A stretch of DNA of 64,000 bases from Lama guanicoe (lineage: Eukaryota). The stretch lies in contig MU054001.1 of the NCBI GenBank assembly GCA_013239625.1, forward strand, positions 4,938,167 through 5,002,166, read 5' to 3'. This document shows positions 47,735-59,040 of the stretch, piece after piece. Numbering within the stretch: the stretch's first letter is position 1; each line of letters opens with the position of its first letter. Position numbers and translations under genes: made by a program. The notes under the pieces were generated by a model, which saw only the letters and a program-made list of their open reading frames with translations, was not told where the DNA came from and ran no database searches.

Positions 47735-48880
47735 TCTGCCTCTGACCATGGTGCTGGATCCAGTGGTGTTTACAGAACCTTGTCATGGAATGAGCCTGGA
47801 CTTAAACATTAGAACTGGGCTTTACTTCTAAATATTTGTTCCCTTGGAAAATCTCTTCAAGTTCTCCAAATACTAATTTTCTTCTCTGTAAAATGAAAAA
47901 TTATACTTTCCTCATGGGATTGTTGCAATGATTAAATAATGTGGAGAAACTATTGGTGTAGTAGGGCTGTTGTCTTACATCCCCTCTTCCCCACTTGAAA
48001 AATATTGAAACTCCTCGCTGCTCCCAACAAGAATAGCAGGTGAACTGAGGACAATTCATACTTATGTTTAATATTGACTTCAAGGGCCGGACCTATCACT
48101 CAGTGAGGTTTGAATGAATTAAGAGAAAAAAGCAAGCAGAATCTAGAGAGACTCATGATTCTAGCTGGCATAGGCTATAGGGGGTTACAGAATAGCCTAA
48201 GAGTTTAAGGGAACTAGAAACTTGAAACTTGAGGAACAGTATGGGTTTTTTTGTCCCTCTAGTTTCTTCATTTGTAAAATGGGGAGTAGCAGGTGGGGTG
48301 GCAGCGTGGTGTTTTCCAACCGTGCAGAACAAGGACATTTTTCAGTATTCTCACCACTCATGGTTCCCCATCTTTGTAAAGATTTTGCCAACTAAACACA
48401 CTGCACTTATTAAAGAATAACTAATTCATTTCTCCAATTTTATTAATAAAAGACATTTAGAAGTGATTGTGCAATAAAAACAGTATTAAGCCTCCCAGTA
48501 TAATGAGGTGGTTGATGCTTTAGTTAGTCTGTGTGGCCTCATTATCGGCTAATGTGTGGATTCCCTTAGGTTTTCTGAACTTTTGCCAGGAATTCACAGA
48601 ACCCAGTGCTACTTCTGTGAAATCTCAGTGCAGAAGTCATTGCTTTCAGTGGGCTGTCAGGATCCTTCTAGCTCTGACCTGATTCTGTTGAGCTCTGATG
48701 TACCAGGAGGGGTGGAGCAGAGTGAGTACAGGAGAAGAGGAAGGAGACAGGGTTGCTGTGGGGAAGCAACATTTATTTTGGAGGTTGGAACTGTAGGGAC
48801 ATAGCCTGGTGTTTCGTTTAATCCACACCTGGGAGACGGAATTCATAATCCACACCACTCCCTTCACAGTGAACATAGCC

Positions 48881-48937
48881 AGAGAGAGAGAGAGAGACAG
48901 AGACACAGAGAGAGAGAGACAGACAGACAGACAGAGA
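48881..48937. repeat. (GA)n/(GACA)n microsatellite
   Basis: Direct reading of the sequence. Confidence 0.9.
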
Positions 48938-49285
48938 ATGGAAAGTTGGCTTATTAATGAGAAGCTTGCCTGCTGAAGGAAATGGTTCCCTTTCTGTCCA
49001 CACGCTCTCTCTGGCACATGACATAGGAAGCTAATTTGAAACAAGAAAGATGCTTGGACACAAAACTAGAGCTAGGGAGCTCATAGGTTTAATGACATTG
49101 TCTTCAAACTATGATGGCTGTTGGGATAGAGGTTTTATTCAGGCTTTTTCAATAATGGAGACCCCACTCTGCCCCAGATAATGCTGGAAGCAATCCACTA
49201 ACACTTCACTTTTGGACTCTGCCCCCCGACTTGTGCCTGCTAGCAGGGGACCCACCTGAGAGACTCAAGCTGCTGCCCTTCTTAC

Positions 49286-49445
49286 CTGCTTTGGAGTTCA
49301 GGGCAGCTTCTCTTTGTGTGGTGGAAACCTGGGGCTGGCCCCCTCGCATTGGCCCCTTCCTCATGCTGCTGGCCTCTTTCTGTAACATCTTATAGGTTGG
49401 TTTCAGCCTCACTGGTGCTACCCTCAAGTTAGGATGACAGCCATT
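49286..49445 (-). pseudogene. Candidate decayed gene, exon D (NGCHPNLRVA...AALNSKA+G)
   Basis: Acceptor cagttcagttccag|AAT and strong donor CAG|GTAAGA; 160 nt, open, phase 0/1. Confidence 0.48.
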
Positions 49446-49755
49446 CTGGAACTGAACTGATGTCATTAAGAGTCCAGAGTCCATTCTCTTGACCACAACC
49501 CAATCCTGCTTCTCTAAGGCTCCAGCTTCCTGGCCCCTCCAGCTCCTCCAAGCCCACAATGTTAGGAAATCTCAGCCAGAGGGCCCCGGGAGCTGGAGCC
49601 GGGGGAGCCACCCCACAGGATGGGCCAACCCTGACTCCAGGTCTGCAGCCTGGGCACAGCAGAGGGCTTCCTCTCCTCCCCAAGTCCCAGGGCTCAGCCT
49701 CTCCCCTGGTTTATGAGCTGAGTAGGCGAAGGGCATGTTTGCCCTTTCTAGTTAC

Positions 49756-49815
49756 TTTCTCCTGCTCATCACTGTAGCTGCTACAGAGAAGTGAATCTCT
49801 TTCATGTTTTCCCAA
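49756..49815 (-). pseudogene. Candidate decayed gene, exon C (LGKHERDSLLCSSYSDEQEK)
   Basis: Acceptor tgtgtttttggcag|TTG and donor AAA|GTAACT; 60 nt, open, phase 0/0. Confidence 0.45.
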
Positions 49816-50251
49816 CTGCCAAAAACACAGCAGTCACTGCCAAGGACTAGATGTGTGATTTGCTATAAGCCTGGGACCTCACCCTTCCTGCGGCCTGACG
49901 GATGTCACAACCCAGATGCTAAGCAGAGGCCTGGTGAGACCTCCGCTGGGCCCAGGACTGGGGCTCCCCAGGAGGGCAGAAGCTGAGGGAGCTACACAAG
50001 GCCTATGGCAGCCATTTGACTTCAAAGCTCCTCCCAACACTCCACCCTCCTCCCTCCCTTTCAACCCCAACCTCCACCCATGGTCCTCCTGGACAGCTTG
50101 CTGCACCCTCATCCCATGCTGCTGCCTCCCAGAACAGGCACATCTCTCCCACTTCCGGGGAGTCAGCATCCCATGTCCTTCCAGGCCCACCTGCTCTGCC
50201 CCAGTCCCTCCACCCAGTATGAACTGCTCTCGCCTCGAACTTGCTGCTCAC

Positions 50252-50496
50252 TTGTGTCATGCACGGTGTGGTTTCCTCCTCTGCTGTGGCCTCCTGTACT
50301 TCTGGTTGTGGGCTCTGTTTATTTGCAGGCTTTCTTCTCTTTCAAAAAAACAAAGTGCTATTGTTTGTATCTGGAGAAATTGTAGAACCCTCCTCCTCTT
50401 CTTTTTGCATTGCTGGGTACATTTCTTGTTTCTCCCCAAATGATCCGCCAAGGTGAGAATGAGAATTTATCTGAGTGGAAATATGCCAACATCACC
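50252..50496 (-). pseudogene. Candidate decayed gene, exon B (GDVGIFPLR*ILILTLADHLGRNKKCTQQCKKKRRRVLQFLQ / KRRKPANK...PCMTQ)
   Basis: Acceptor cacctttatttcag|GGT in phase 0 matches exon A. TAA at 50469-50467. Donor CAA|GTGAGC. Length 245 nt, one short of a multiple of 3, suggesting a frameshift near the T7 run at 50344-50350. Confidence 0.55.
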
Positions 50497-50509
50497 CTGA
50501 AATAAAGGT

Positions 50510-51000
50510 GCTGGCACTTAGGATAAAACTCTACCTCCCCATGACCTGGCCCCGCTCATCCTGAACTCACCTCCCAACTCTCCTCATCACCCGCTAAGCT
50601 CCAAACACACGGCCTTGATTCTGATCCTCAGGGAGGCCAAGCCTGCCCCTGCTCAGGCCTTTGCCCTCACCATTCCCTCTGCCCACAGGACTTCCCCTGA
50701 ATCCCCGTGGACTGGCTCCTCCCCAGCGCATGGGTCTCCGCTCAGCCTTCCCTGACTGCTCCCTCTTGCCCCGCGCTCCCAGTGTCTCTCATTGGAATAT
50801 ATTTTCCTTGCTGCATTTGTCAGTTTCCGAAACCATCCTTTTAAAAACAGTAGTTTCAGTTTATTACCTTCATTCTCCACAGGAACGTAAGCTCCACGTG
50901 AACTGGGACCTTGCCCATCTTGCTGGTTGCTGTATCCTTGATGCCTAAGAGTGCTGGGTGCAGTGGAAGCACTTACTTCACACTTGCTGGATGAATACTG
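50510..51000 (+). mobile_element. L2 fragment (between candidate exons A and B)
   Basis: caggcctttgccctcaccattccctctgcc...gtaagctccacgtg...tatccttgatgcctaagagtg. Confidence 0.6.
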
Positions 51001-51133
51001 GTGAGTGATCACACATCAGTATCCCCCGTGGAGGTCTGTCCTTCCCTAGCTTTTGGAATCCCTACCCCAGCACCTAGTGTCTTGCTTTTAGCATGGGATA
51101 CATGTGAACAAAATGGATAAAAGCGCTCCTCAC

Positions 51134-51361
51134 CCACTAGATTATCTTTTGAGGGGACAGACCAAGTCGTGTGTTTCTCTGCCTCTCCGTTATCTTAAAG
51201 AACAGTTGCTCAAAGCGCCTGTTGAATTGAATAGAATCCTTTGAAAGCATTGTGTCAACTTCGGTAACTGAGGAAGAAGGGCCTGTCTGGTCCTTCAACT
51301 GTGACTTGTTGAACAAGCTAACACCTGGATTTCTCATTCTCAGTTGTGGGTTCTGGGTCAT
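51134..51361 (-). pseudogene. Candidate decayed gene, exon A (MTQNPQLRMR...FNRRFEQLFFKITERQRNTRLGLSPQKII*W)
   Basis: 76 codons from ATG 51361 with one in-frame TAG (51139-51137), then donor TGG|GTGAGG in phase 0. Non-repetitive and protein-like. The 5' boundary is uncertain. Confidence 0.55.
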
Positions 51362-51541
51362 GCGGGTGCACAGGCTACACCTCACCCAGCAGACGTGTTG
51401 ATGGAAATGGGGAGAATCTGCCTAAGACGCTGAGTGTCAGAGGAGTGGCACAATATCCTTCTGACACTTGAAAATTGCAGATTTGAAAGGTTCCTTCTCA
51501 CTTGTCAGCTGTGCAGGCCTCCCCTGCACAGATGGCTTCGA

Positions 51542-51551
51542 GGCCCCGCCC
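51542..51551 (-). promoter_or_regulatory. GC box (SP/KLF-type) about 180 nt upstream of the exon A ATG
   Basis: GGGCGGGGCC on the minus strand; function is inferred only. Confidence 0.25.
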
Positions 51552-51879
51552 TCCCAGGCTGGATTTCCCACCACCCCAGAGCCAGCCAACTGGTATCTTT
51601 GGGACCCACCATTAGCACAGCAACTCAAGCATCCTAGACACCTGGTTTCAGAGTGTTTTATCAGGCCTCCTTCAGTTACAAGTGACATTAAAAAGGAAAT
51701 ATATTGGCTCAAGCACTGAAAGATGTCGTGTAGAAGTTGCTTCAGGCATGGTGGGATCCAGGAGCCTCTGTGTCACTCTGCTTACTCTTCATGTGGGCTT
51801 TCCCCATGAGGTGGCTGCTGGGGGCAAGGTGGCTCCTAGAAGCCTCAGCATCATCAATTTAATCCCAAATATTACTCCA

Positions 51880-52312
51880 GTCTAGCCACTCACTTTTTTC
51901 TGTTCCTTAAATAAACCAGGCCTACTCCTGCCTCAGGATATTTGCACCACTCCAAGAGCCTGGAAATTCCTACCTTCTCCCCTCCACAGCTGCATCCCTC
52001 ATTCCCTTACCTCCTACAAAACTTTGCTCTGTTTTACCTTCTGAGGCTGTATGTGACCACCCATTTAAAATCAGAATCCATCTCCCCAGCATCCACAGTC
52101 CTTACTCTGCTCATCCCCTACCCACTCCATAGCAATTACTGCCCTGAACCTGCTCTGTATGGTACTTATTTATTATCCCTACTGCTTTCTAGCCCACTAG
52201 AATATCAGTTTTGTTCACCTTTTTTTTTCACCAAGAACAATGTTTTGTTCACCGAGAACCCAGCAGAGTCTTGTCACATAGTAGTTGCTCAATTTGTTGG
52301 ATGAATGAATGA
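51880..52312 (+). mobile_element. L2a fragment
   Basis: Ends cacatagtagttgctcaatttgttggatgaatgaatgaa. Confidence 0.7.
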
Positions 52313-53497
52313 AGCAGAAGCAGAAAGAAATTAATTCAACATCCAGACACTGGAAATGCAGCAGTAAGCAAAACAAATGAAAAACTCTGCCCTTTTCGAC
52401 CTTGCTTTCTGGTGGAGAAGGCAGAGAATAAGTGAGATTTTTAGGAAGTACTGAATACATGGAGTTCCAGGCGGGAATAAGTAAGTGCTGGACAGGCAGA
52501 CACAGCAGATGCCCACAGTCAAGACCAGACCTAGCCCTCATCCTATCCTGAGAACCTGACAAGGATGGAGATGCTTCTTGGTCCCTCTGCTGTGTTAATG
52601 TTACTCTTTTTGAAAGCAAGAGAGGGCAAGTGCATTGCTAATGACAGTAATAAAGCACCTCCCAGATTTGTTTACAGGCTGTGTTTGCTTTTATTTTCAT
52701 TCCCTTCCCGATTTGATGATTCCACTCCGGAGTGGGAGTGGGCAGCCCCCCCGGCCAGTCTGCATTTCCCCTGACATTTTCCACTCACATGGTGTAAATG
52801 AAGATACATGCAAACTGGCTGGGAGCTCCTGGTGTTTGGAAGCCCCCTTGGAGCCAGCAGCTGCGTGCAGGAGAGGCAACCCAAACCAGTAAGCGGGGGT
52901 TGATGTGCATTGGCATTGATGTCTTTTTGTATTGACCCAAGTACGTTATCAAAACTTGCCTGGGGGAAACATCAATCTTCGTATTGACTTAAATAGAAGA
53001 TATTACAGGGTGGGTGCTCTGTCTATACAGTGCAGACCTCTGTGTATAAATGTGGATGCGTAATCAATATTTCACCATCAAATTATGATCTGGCTTTCAA
53101 TGTTTTGCGAAAAGAATCTCAAGGTGATTAACGAAGTGTAATAATAATTTTGAAATGCGAAGATTTTTTTTCCATTTTAATAAGAATTGGGGGGCTTCTG
53201 TGGGCCACCCTGTGTGGGCAGCTGTGGGCAGCAAGAAAAGACCCCTCTGGCTGGAGGAGGGATATGGTGGGAGCATTTGCAGACCAGACGGCTGCCTTGG
53301 TTTTGCTGTTTGGGAGTTAGCTGCGGACACATCCAGGGCCTCTTCATTCATCCACCCTGTGGTCTCCATTACTGGCCGACGTCCAGACCCTCGCCGATCC
53401 CTTCAGTCACTTCTGTGCCCCTTTCCACCAGCTTCACTGTAAACTTTTGTTTCCAGTGGTCAGCAGGTGCCACTCCTGGGTCTCTGAAACTACTTTA

Positions 53498-53682
53498 TTT
53501 TTATTTATTTATTTTAAAACTAGTTCTTTTTGCTGTTGTTTGTTTCTTTTGAGGGGGTAATTAGGTTTATTTATTTATTTATTTAGGTTTATTTATTTAT
53601 TTACTGGAGGTACTGGGAATTGAACCCAGGACCTCGTGCCTGCTAAGTGTGCGCTCTACCACTGAGCTATACCACCCTCCGC
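53498..53682 (-). mobile_element. tRNA-derived SINE (vic-1-like, long-tail form)
   Basis: ggaggtactgggaattgaacccaggacc...ctctaccactgagctatacc, with an AT-rich tail containing gggggtaattagg. Flanking direct repeat CTACTTTA at 53490-53497 and 53687-53694. Confidence 0.85.
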
Positions 53683-55034
53683 GGAGCTACTTTAACTGCA
53701 GGCGCTGAGAGCTGGAAGGGACTGGGCGCTTCTGTCCCCCAGGGCGGCCCTCAGGCTGAGACTGAGGCGTGGGATTAGGAAAGCGCGGCTCCCTCGGTCG
53801 TGTTCCCTAGCGGATCAGGTGGAAGCTGCCCTGGCGGCTTTGTTTGACCCTTCTCCTGTTCCCCCCTCACTTCTTTGCCTACGTCTGCTACCCTTTTAGG
53901 GGACCCCAGGAAAGTCTCATAGTACGAGGGCGTGGGACAATGCCGAAAGTAGGTACCGCCCACATCTCCGTGGCAATTTTGGTATTTTGGGTGGGCTATT
54001 AAAAAAAGAGTAGGGGGAATTAAACAATAACTTGGGGGCTCTCATGGATGGGAAGTCAGAGAGCCCCAGGACCCTCCCAATACAGCAGAACAGCACACCC
54101 AGTTCCTTGACCTCTCTGCTCAACTGGACGCGGGGCTGGCTTCCCCCTCAAGCTGGGGGAGTAAGAAGCTGCAGCACCTCTAGCCGTCGCATCCAGACAC
54201 GACAGCATCCAGAAGCAGAGGGACCATCTCCCCTTGTGGCTTTCTCTTTAGAGCAAGGACACTTCCCTAGGTCCCTGTCTGCCGTAGCAGAACTACCTTT
54301 GTCTCATTGGCCTGAAGTGGGTCACATGGTCCGTCTTGAGCCCATCACCGGCAAGGGGTGGAATTACCTTTGGGCCAGTCAGGTCCACCTGGGGCCTGGG
54401 GGTCAGGGTGCTTTCTCCCAAGGCTCAGGGGATGTTTGGTGGAGGGGATGGACTGCTGAATGCAACAACAGGGGTTCTGTTAGGAATCAGGGAGCGTTGA
54501 TGCTGGGTGGGGACCACTGCTTCTCTGTCACTCTGTCCTCTGGGTTCCTTCCTGGCACCTCCTTCTGGCCACCACTGGACATTATCTGTTTATCGGATTT
54601 GGTCTGTCTTTTTTCTACAAGGTGATGCCCTGAGGGGAGCAGCCTATTTCACTTACCGCTGTATCCCTATAAATAACATAATGTCACATGTAATTATGCT
54701 CAATAAATCTTCGATGAATAAGTGAATAGCAATAATGAAGCAGCTGAGCGAGGGCATAATGAACATGAGCGGTCTGAAGAGCAGCCGTGAAGGGAAGGTG
54801 AGGGTGGCCTTTCCTAGCCCCCTCTAGGGGGGATGTGTCCTGTGATGACGGCAGGGCAAGGGGACCACTCCCAGATGCAGGAGCCAGGATAAGGCAGGAG
54901 GGGCTCCTTCCTGAGGCAGCGAGGATGGAGACTTTGGGTGAGAAGGGCCTGGGCTCACCTGGGCTCTGACACCGACTCTAGGTGTTACTCCTCCTCTCTG
55001 GGCCTCCCTACTTTCTCTAGAGAAATCAGAAGCA

Positions 55035-55420
55035 TTCGATCATTGAACAATTTGTTGAGCACATGTTATGTAACGATGCTGGGCTGCACATAGGAAAAGC
55101 ACAGGGTGTGATGCTGGCATTTTGTGGGGATGCAGCTGTGGGGCTCAGACCCGGGTCGTCAGGTTGAGGTTTGAAGGATGAGGTTTGGAGCATGCACGGT
55201 CGGGCAGCCAGAGGTGGAAATGGGGAAGCACTGCAGGCAGAGAAAGAAGGAGGTGGAGAGGCCCTGGTCTGACTGGGGAAAACAAGGCTGGCATGGTGTG
55301 AACTTGGGGTGGGGAGGGGCTCATGGTTGGAGAGGAGGCAGTGAGGTCAGTGGGAGCCAGAGCCAGGAGGCTGTGCAGGCACAGCACAGAATTGGTGCTA
55401 TATTCCAAGGGGAGCAGACA
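55035..55420 (-). mobile_element. L2 fragment
   Basis: cattcgatcattgaacaatttgttgagcacatg at the start. Confidence 0.5.
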
Positions 55421-56049
55421 TCACCGCTGAGGTTCAGAGGGGGAGGAGGGGATGAAGATGGAGGGCAGACTTGCAAGGGGTAGGGGGTAGCTGCAGGTTC
55501 CCCAGCAGGTGTTGAGGTGGCTTGAGCTGGCATAATAACAATGGCAAAGGAGAGAAAGGGCCTGACTGGAGAGGTCCTTGAGAGGCAGATCTGGTAACCG
55601 GGGGTCCGAGCTTCTGCCCTGGCTGGGCATCAAGGCCATTTACTCTCCCCTGCTCCTCGAGCAGCATAAACCAGGCTCCTCCCAGCCAAGAGGATGAAGT
55701 CAAAGGGTGTGCAGAGGGAAGCTTTCTTTTACTCTGGGCCCAGGGAAGGAAGGGGCGAATCAAGCATAATGCAGTTAAGAAATACTATGTGATCAATCAC
55801 GCTCGCTTAAATTAAATGCAGTGTCCAAATGTGTTGCCTAGCATTTTTCCCACACCAAACAGAGGCCAAGGTGGATAACCAGCATCTCTAGAGCTTCACT
55901 ATTTGAAGCTGGAGAAAGGGATCCTCACTATTTTTGGTGAATATGAAAGTTGGAGGGGAAAAAATAAGGGAAATGTTTGGGGGTACAAGTTCTAGAAAAA
56001 CAAACACTCTGTCCAAAATGGGTTGTCATGTCATGAAAAACGTGTGCAG

Positions 56050-56240
56050 TTTGGAGTTGGAAGGCCTACTCTGGATCCTAGTCATGCTGTGTGATCTCGG
56101 GTAGGTCATTAGCTTCTCTGATTTTCATTTTCCTCGACTATAAGATGAGGGTGATTAACAGTTGCTTCAGAAGACAGCAGTGGGGGTGAAATGAATAATG
56201 TTGGTGTAAGCGCCTTGTCAGCTGCAGAGCGCTATCAACG
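56050..56240 (+). mobile_element. MIR SINE
   Basis: gctgtgtgatctcgggtaggtcattagcttctctg. Confidence 0.55.
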
Positions 56241-56289
56241 TCAGGTTGATCAAGAAAATATTTTTTAAGCAAAAGAACAAAAAGCCAAT

Positions 56290-56615
56290 TGGGCGCTATT
56301 ATTGAATTAATGCTAATTTGGGGGTGTTATGTAGGAGAATGTCTTTATCCTTAGAAGAGGTATGTTGAAGTGTTTAGGAGTGAAATGTCAAGATGCCTAG
56401 AACATTCAAATCATTCAGCAAAACCCAAAACTGTACAGTTCAATGCATTATCTGTCTATACATACATCTCTATTTATAGCTCTATCTATATATTGAGAGA
56501 CATAAAGAAAATGTGACATAATATTAACCACTGGGGAAGCTAGCTGAAGGGTATGAGTGTTTATTATGTTATTTTTAACTTCTCAGTAGATTTGAAAACT
56601 TTCAAAATAAAAAGC
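56290..56615 (+). mobile_element. L1ME-like 3' end
   Basis: tgaagtgtttaggagtgaaatgtcaagatg...tttgaaaactttcaaaataaaaag. Confidence 0.65.
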
Positions 56616-57094
56616 AGGAGGGAAAAATCACTTACAACTGGACTGTAGATCTAAGTCTGAAAGGTAGAACAGTATCTCAGGGGGTGACCAAAGGCAATAA
56701 CATCTCCCTGACCTTGGCCTTCAGTGGGGAAATGCAGCCACTGCCACACTGTGGCCTGGCAGGGATGGAGTGGAGGGAAGAATGTCCCACGTTCTCTCCT
56801 CGCTCCCTTGCATCTCCTCCTGGTGCCTCCCGGGGGGCTGACCCCACTCATGTGCTAGGAACGGAGGAGGAGGAGCCGGGTGAAGAAACCCCAGGTACCA
56901 GCCTCCCAGGGCAGGGAGCAGGAAGCAGGGTGGAAGGGCCAATGAGAATGACCAGCATCCTCCTTCTGCAGCAACTGGCAGGCAGATACTGATTTTCCCT
57001 GGTCCCCCTTAAGACTAAGTCGGAAGACAGTGATGTCATCCTGACCAAACCATCACCTGTAAAGTGGAGTCTGTGCCTGGATCTGGGAAATAGC

Positions 57095-57268
57095 CTCTTC
57101 CCTCCCCTCCTCTCCCCTCGTCTCCTCTCCCCTCCCCTCCCCTTCTTCCTCCCTTCCTTCCTTCCTTCCTTCCTCCCTCCCTCCCTTTCTTTCTTTCTTT
57201 TTTTCTTTCTTTCTTTTGTTCTTTCATTCTTTCTTTCTTTCTTCCCTTCTCTCTTTCTTACTTTTTTT
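57095..57268. repeat. Polypyrimidine compound repeat (CTCC/CCTT/TTTC)
   Basis: About 170 nt, almost entirely C/T on the + strand. Confidence 0.95.
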
Positions 57269-57394
57269 GATTGGAGAATGATGTTTGAGGAAAGCTGGTC
57301 CCTCCCTCCAGGATTTTGGATTTTATGGTGTGAGGACACGATGCTGGTGACTGCTGTAGTCATGCTGCCACCACCATGAGGATGGCTGAGCCCT

Positions 57395-58212
57395 CTTTAT
57401 AATTCTGCATCCACTGTCCATGTGTGTGTGTGTGCGCGCGCGGTGGGGTGGTTCCCACACAAACAAGCATTTCTCTGTGATACTTGTACAGTGTCCATCG
57501 ATTTAACTCAATTCTGACACTATCTACCTGGATGTTGCATTAGATCCCATAGATTAAGAGCTCAGTCTTACCAGACTGCCCGTCCCCTCTTCATTTCAGA
57601 CACCAATCGCAGTCCCACCTTTGCATCAGTGCTGCTGACTGACTGGCTGGAGACCAGAGAGGTTCCAACGACCCTCTACTTGAATTCTGTTAATTTGCTG
57701 TAGCGACTCATCAAACTTAGAGAAACACTTTACTTGCTAGATCACTGGTTTATTATATTTATTATACAAGAATATAACTCAGGAGCAGCCAGATGGAAGA
57801 GATGCATAGGGCAACGTACAGGGAAAGGGCACGGGGCTCCTATGCTGTCTCCAGGTGCACCATGCTTCCCAAAGCTCCACGTGTTCACCAACCTGGAAGC
57901 TCTATGAACTGGTCCTTACGGGTTTCTGTGGAGGCTTCCTCACAGGGTCATGACTTTTTAAATCATTGGTTTTTGGCGATCGAAAACCCCTCTCCCCTCC
58001 TAGAAGAGGATTGGGAGCTGGAAACTTTCTTTCATCCCATAGTTGGTTCTCCTGGCAACCAGCCCCCATCTTTAGGTGTGGTTCAAAAGTCACCTTATTA
58101 ACATAACAAGAGACACCTTTATTGCTTCTCATCACTTAGGAAATTCCTGGTGCTCTGTGCCAGAAACAAGATGAACAAATACATATCACTTCTTGTAAGT
58201 CAAAGTATCACA
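57395..58212 (-). mobile_element. MER21-like ERV LTR
   Basis: aattctgacactatctacctgga, cagccagatggaagagatgcatagggca and gtgttcaccaacctggaagctct recall MER21; ends in ...atcaca. Confidence 0.78.
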
Positions 58213-58534
58213 CCCTAAGAGCCCTGACATTGTTGAACAACTAAAACTTGGACCACCGGCCACCAGGCTTCTGGTTGTGTGAGCAAGTCTCCCATTACGA
58301 AGGCCCTTGGCTAGGTATCTTGTCTCTTGCCTCATCCTAACTGACAAACATGATTTCTGATGGTAACAAGAAACAAAATAACATCGAAAACAGGGAAATG
58401 GGCAATAAGAAAGAGAAAGGCACTGAGGGAAAAGCTACTGTATCAGAGGAGGAAAATGTAGAAATCCACTCTCTGGTTTGTCAATAGAAATATAGGGGGC
58501 TAAGCTAATGGATTTAGGAGACGATGCTCTGGCC

Positions 58535-59040
58535 TGTGCAGCCAACATTGTCAGTGCCCTGCCCAGACTTCCTGGATCCCTTCATCAGCTGTGCACCCGT
58601 CTCTCAGCTTCCGTAGGCTCTGCTTCTACCAGGTCCCACCTGTGACTTGCAGGGGATGCTCCTTGGCCCTGGAGCCGCATCCCTTCTTCAGAGAGCCCGA
58701 AGCACCCCAGGTGGCCTTTAGCCAATGCCCAGCCCATGTGAAAGCACAAGAGACCAACCACCCTCTGTCCTAAGGCTGGACAAACCCTGAGATGTAATTT
58801 GTGTCTAACCCCCGCTGGTGACCAGGCTGCATCTGGGATTTCACCTCAATTGCATCCCTCTCTGCTCTGTCCTGGGAGCACTGTAGGAGATGGAGGTGTG
58901 GACCATGTGGCAGAGCTTCAGGGCATCTGTGCTCCGGAGCCCTGGCCAGCACCCGCCTGCAGTCACTCAGCTGCCCTTGATCTCGGCACACACCTCCCTA
59001 ACTGCCCCACTTGCTCTCCTTTGAGGTCGACCCCCTAGGC
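58535..59040 (+). mobile_element. LTR16-like ERVL LTR
   Basis: tgtgcagcc...gtgccctgcccagacttcctggatcccttca...ggacaaaccctgagatgtaattt. Confidence 0.55.

Noticed and set aside
48540..48700. Possible extra relic exon after a long pyrimidine tract
   Set aside because: The matching phase has several stops and there is no convincing donor.
51437..51712. ORF in the same frame just upstream of relic exon A
   Set aside because: Its 5' part overlaps an MLT1-like fragment and two stops separate it from exon A. It cannot be told apart from promoter or 5'UTR sequence, so it is not included.
56848..57363. 171-aa K/E/R/G-rich ORF
   Set aside because: It is the translation of the polypurine microsatellite strand.
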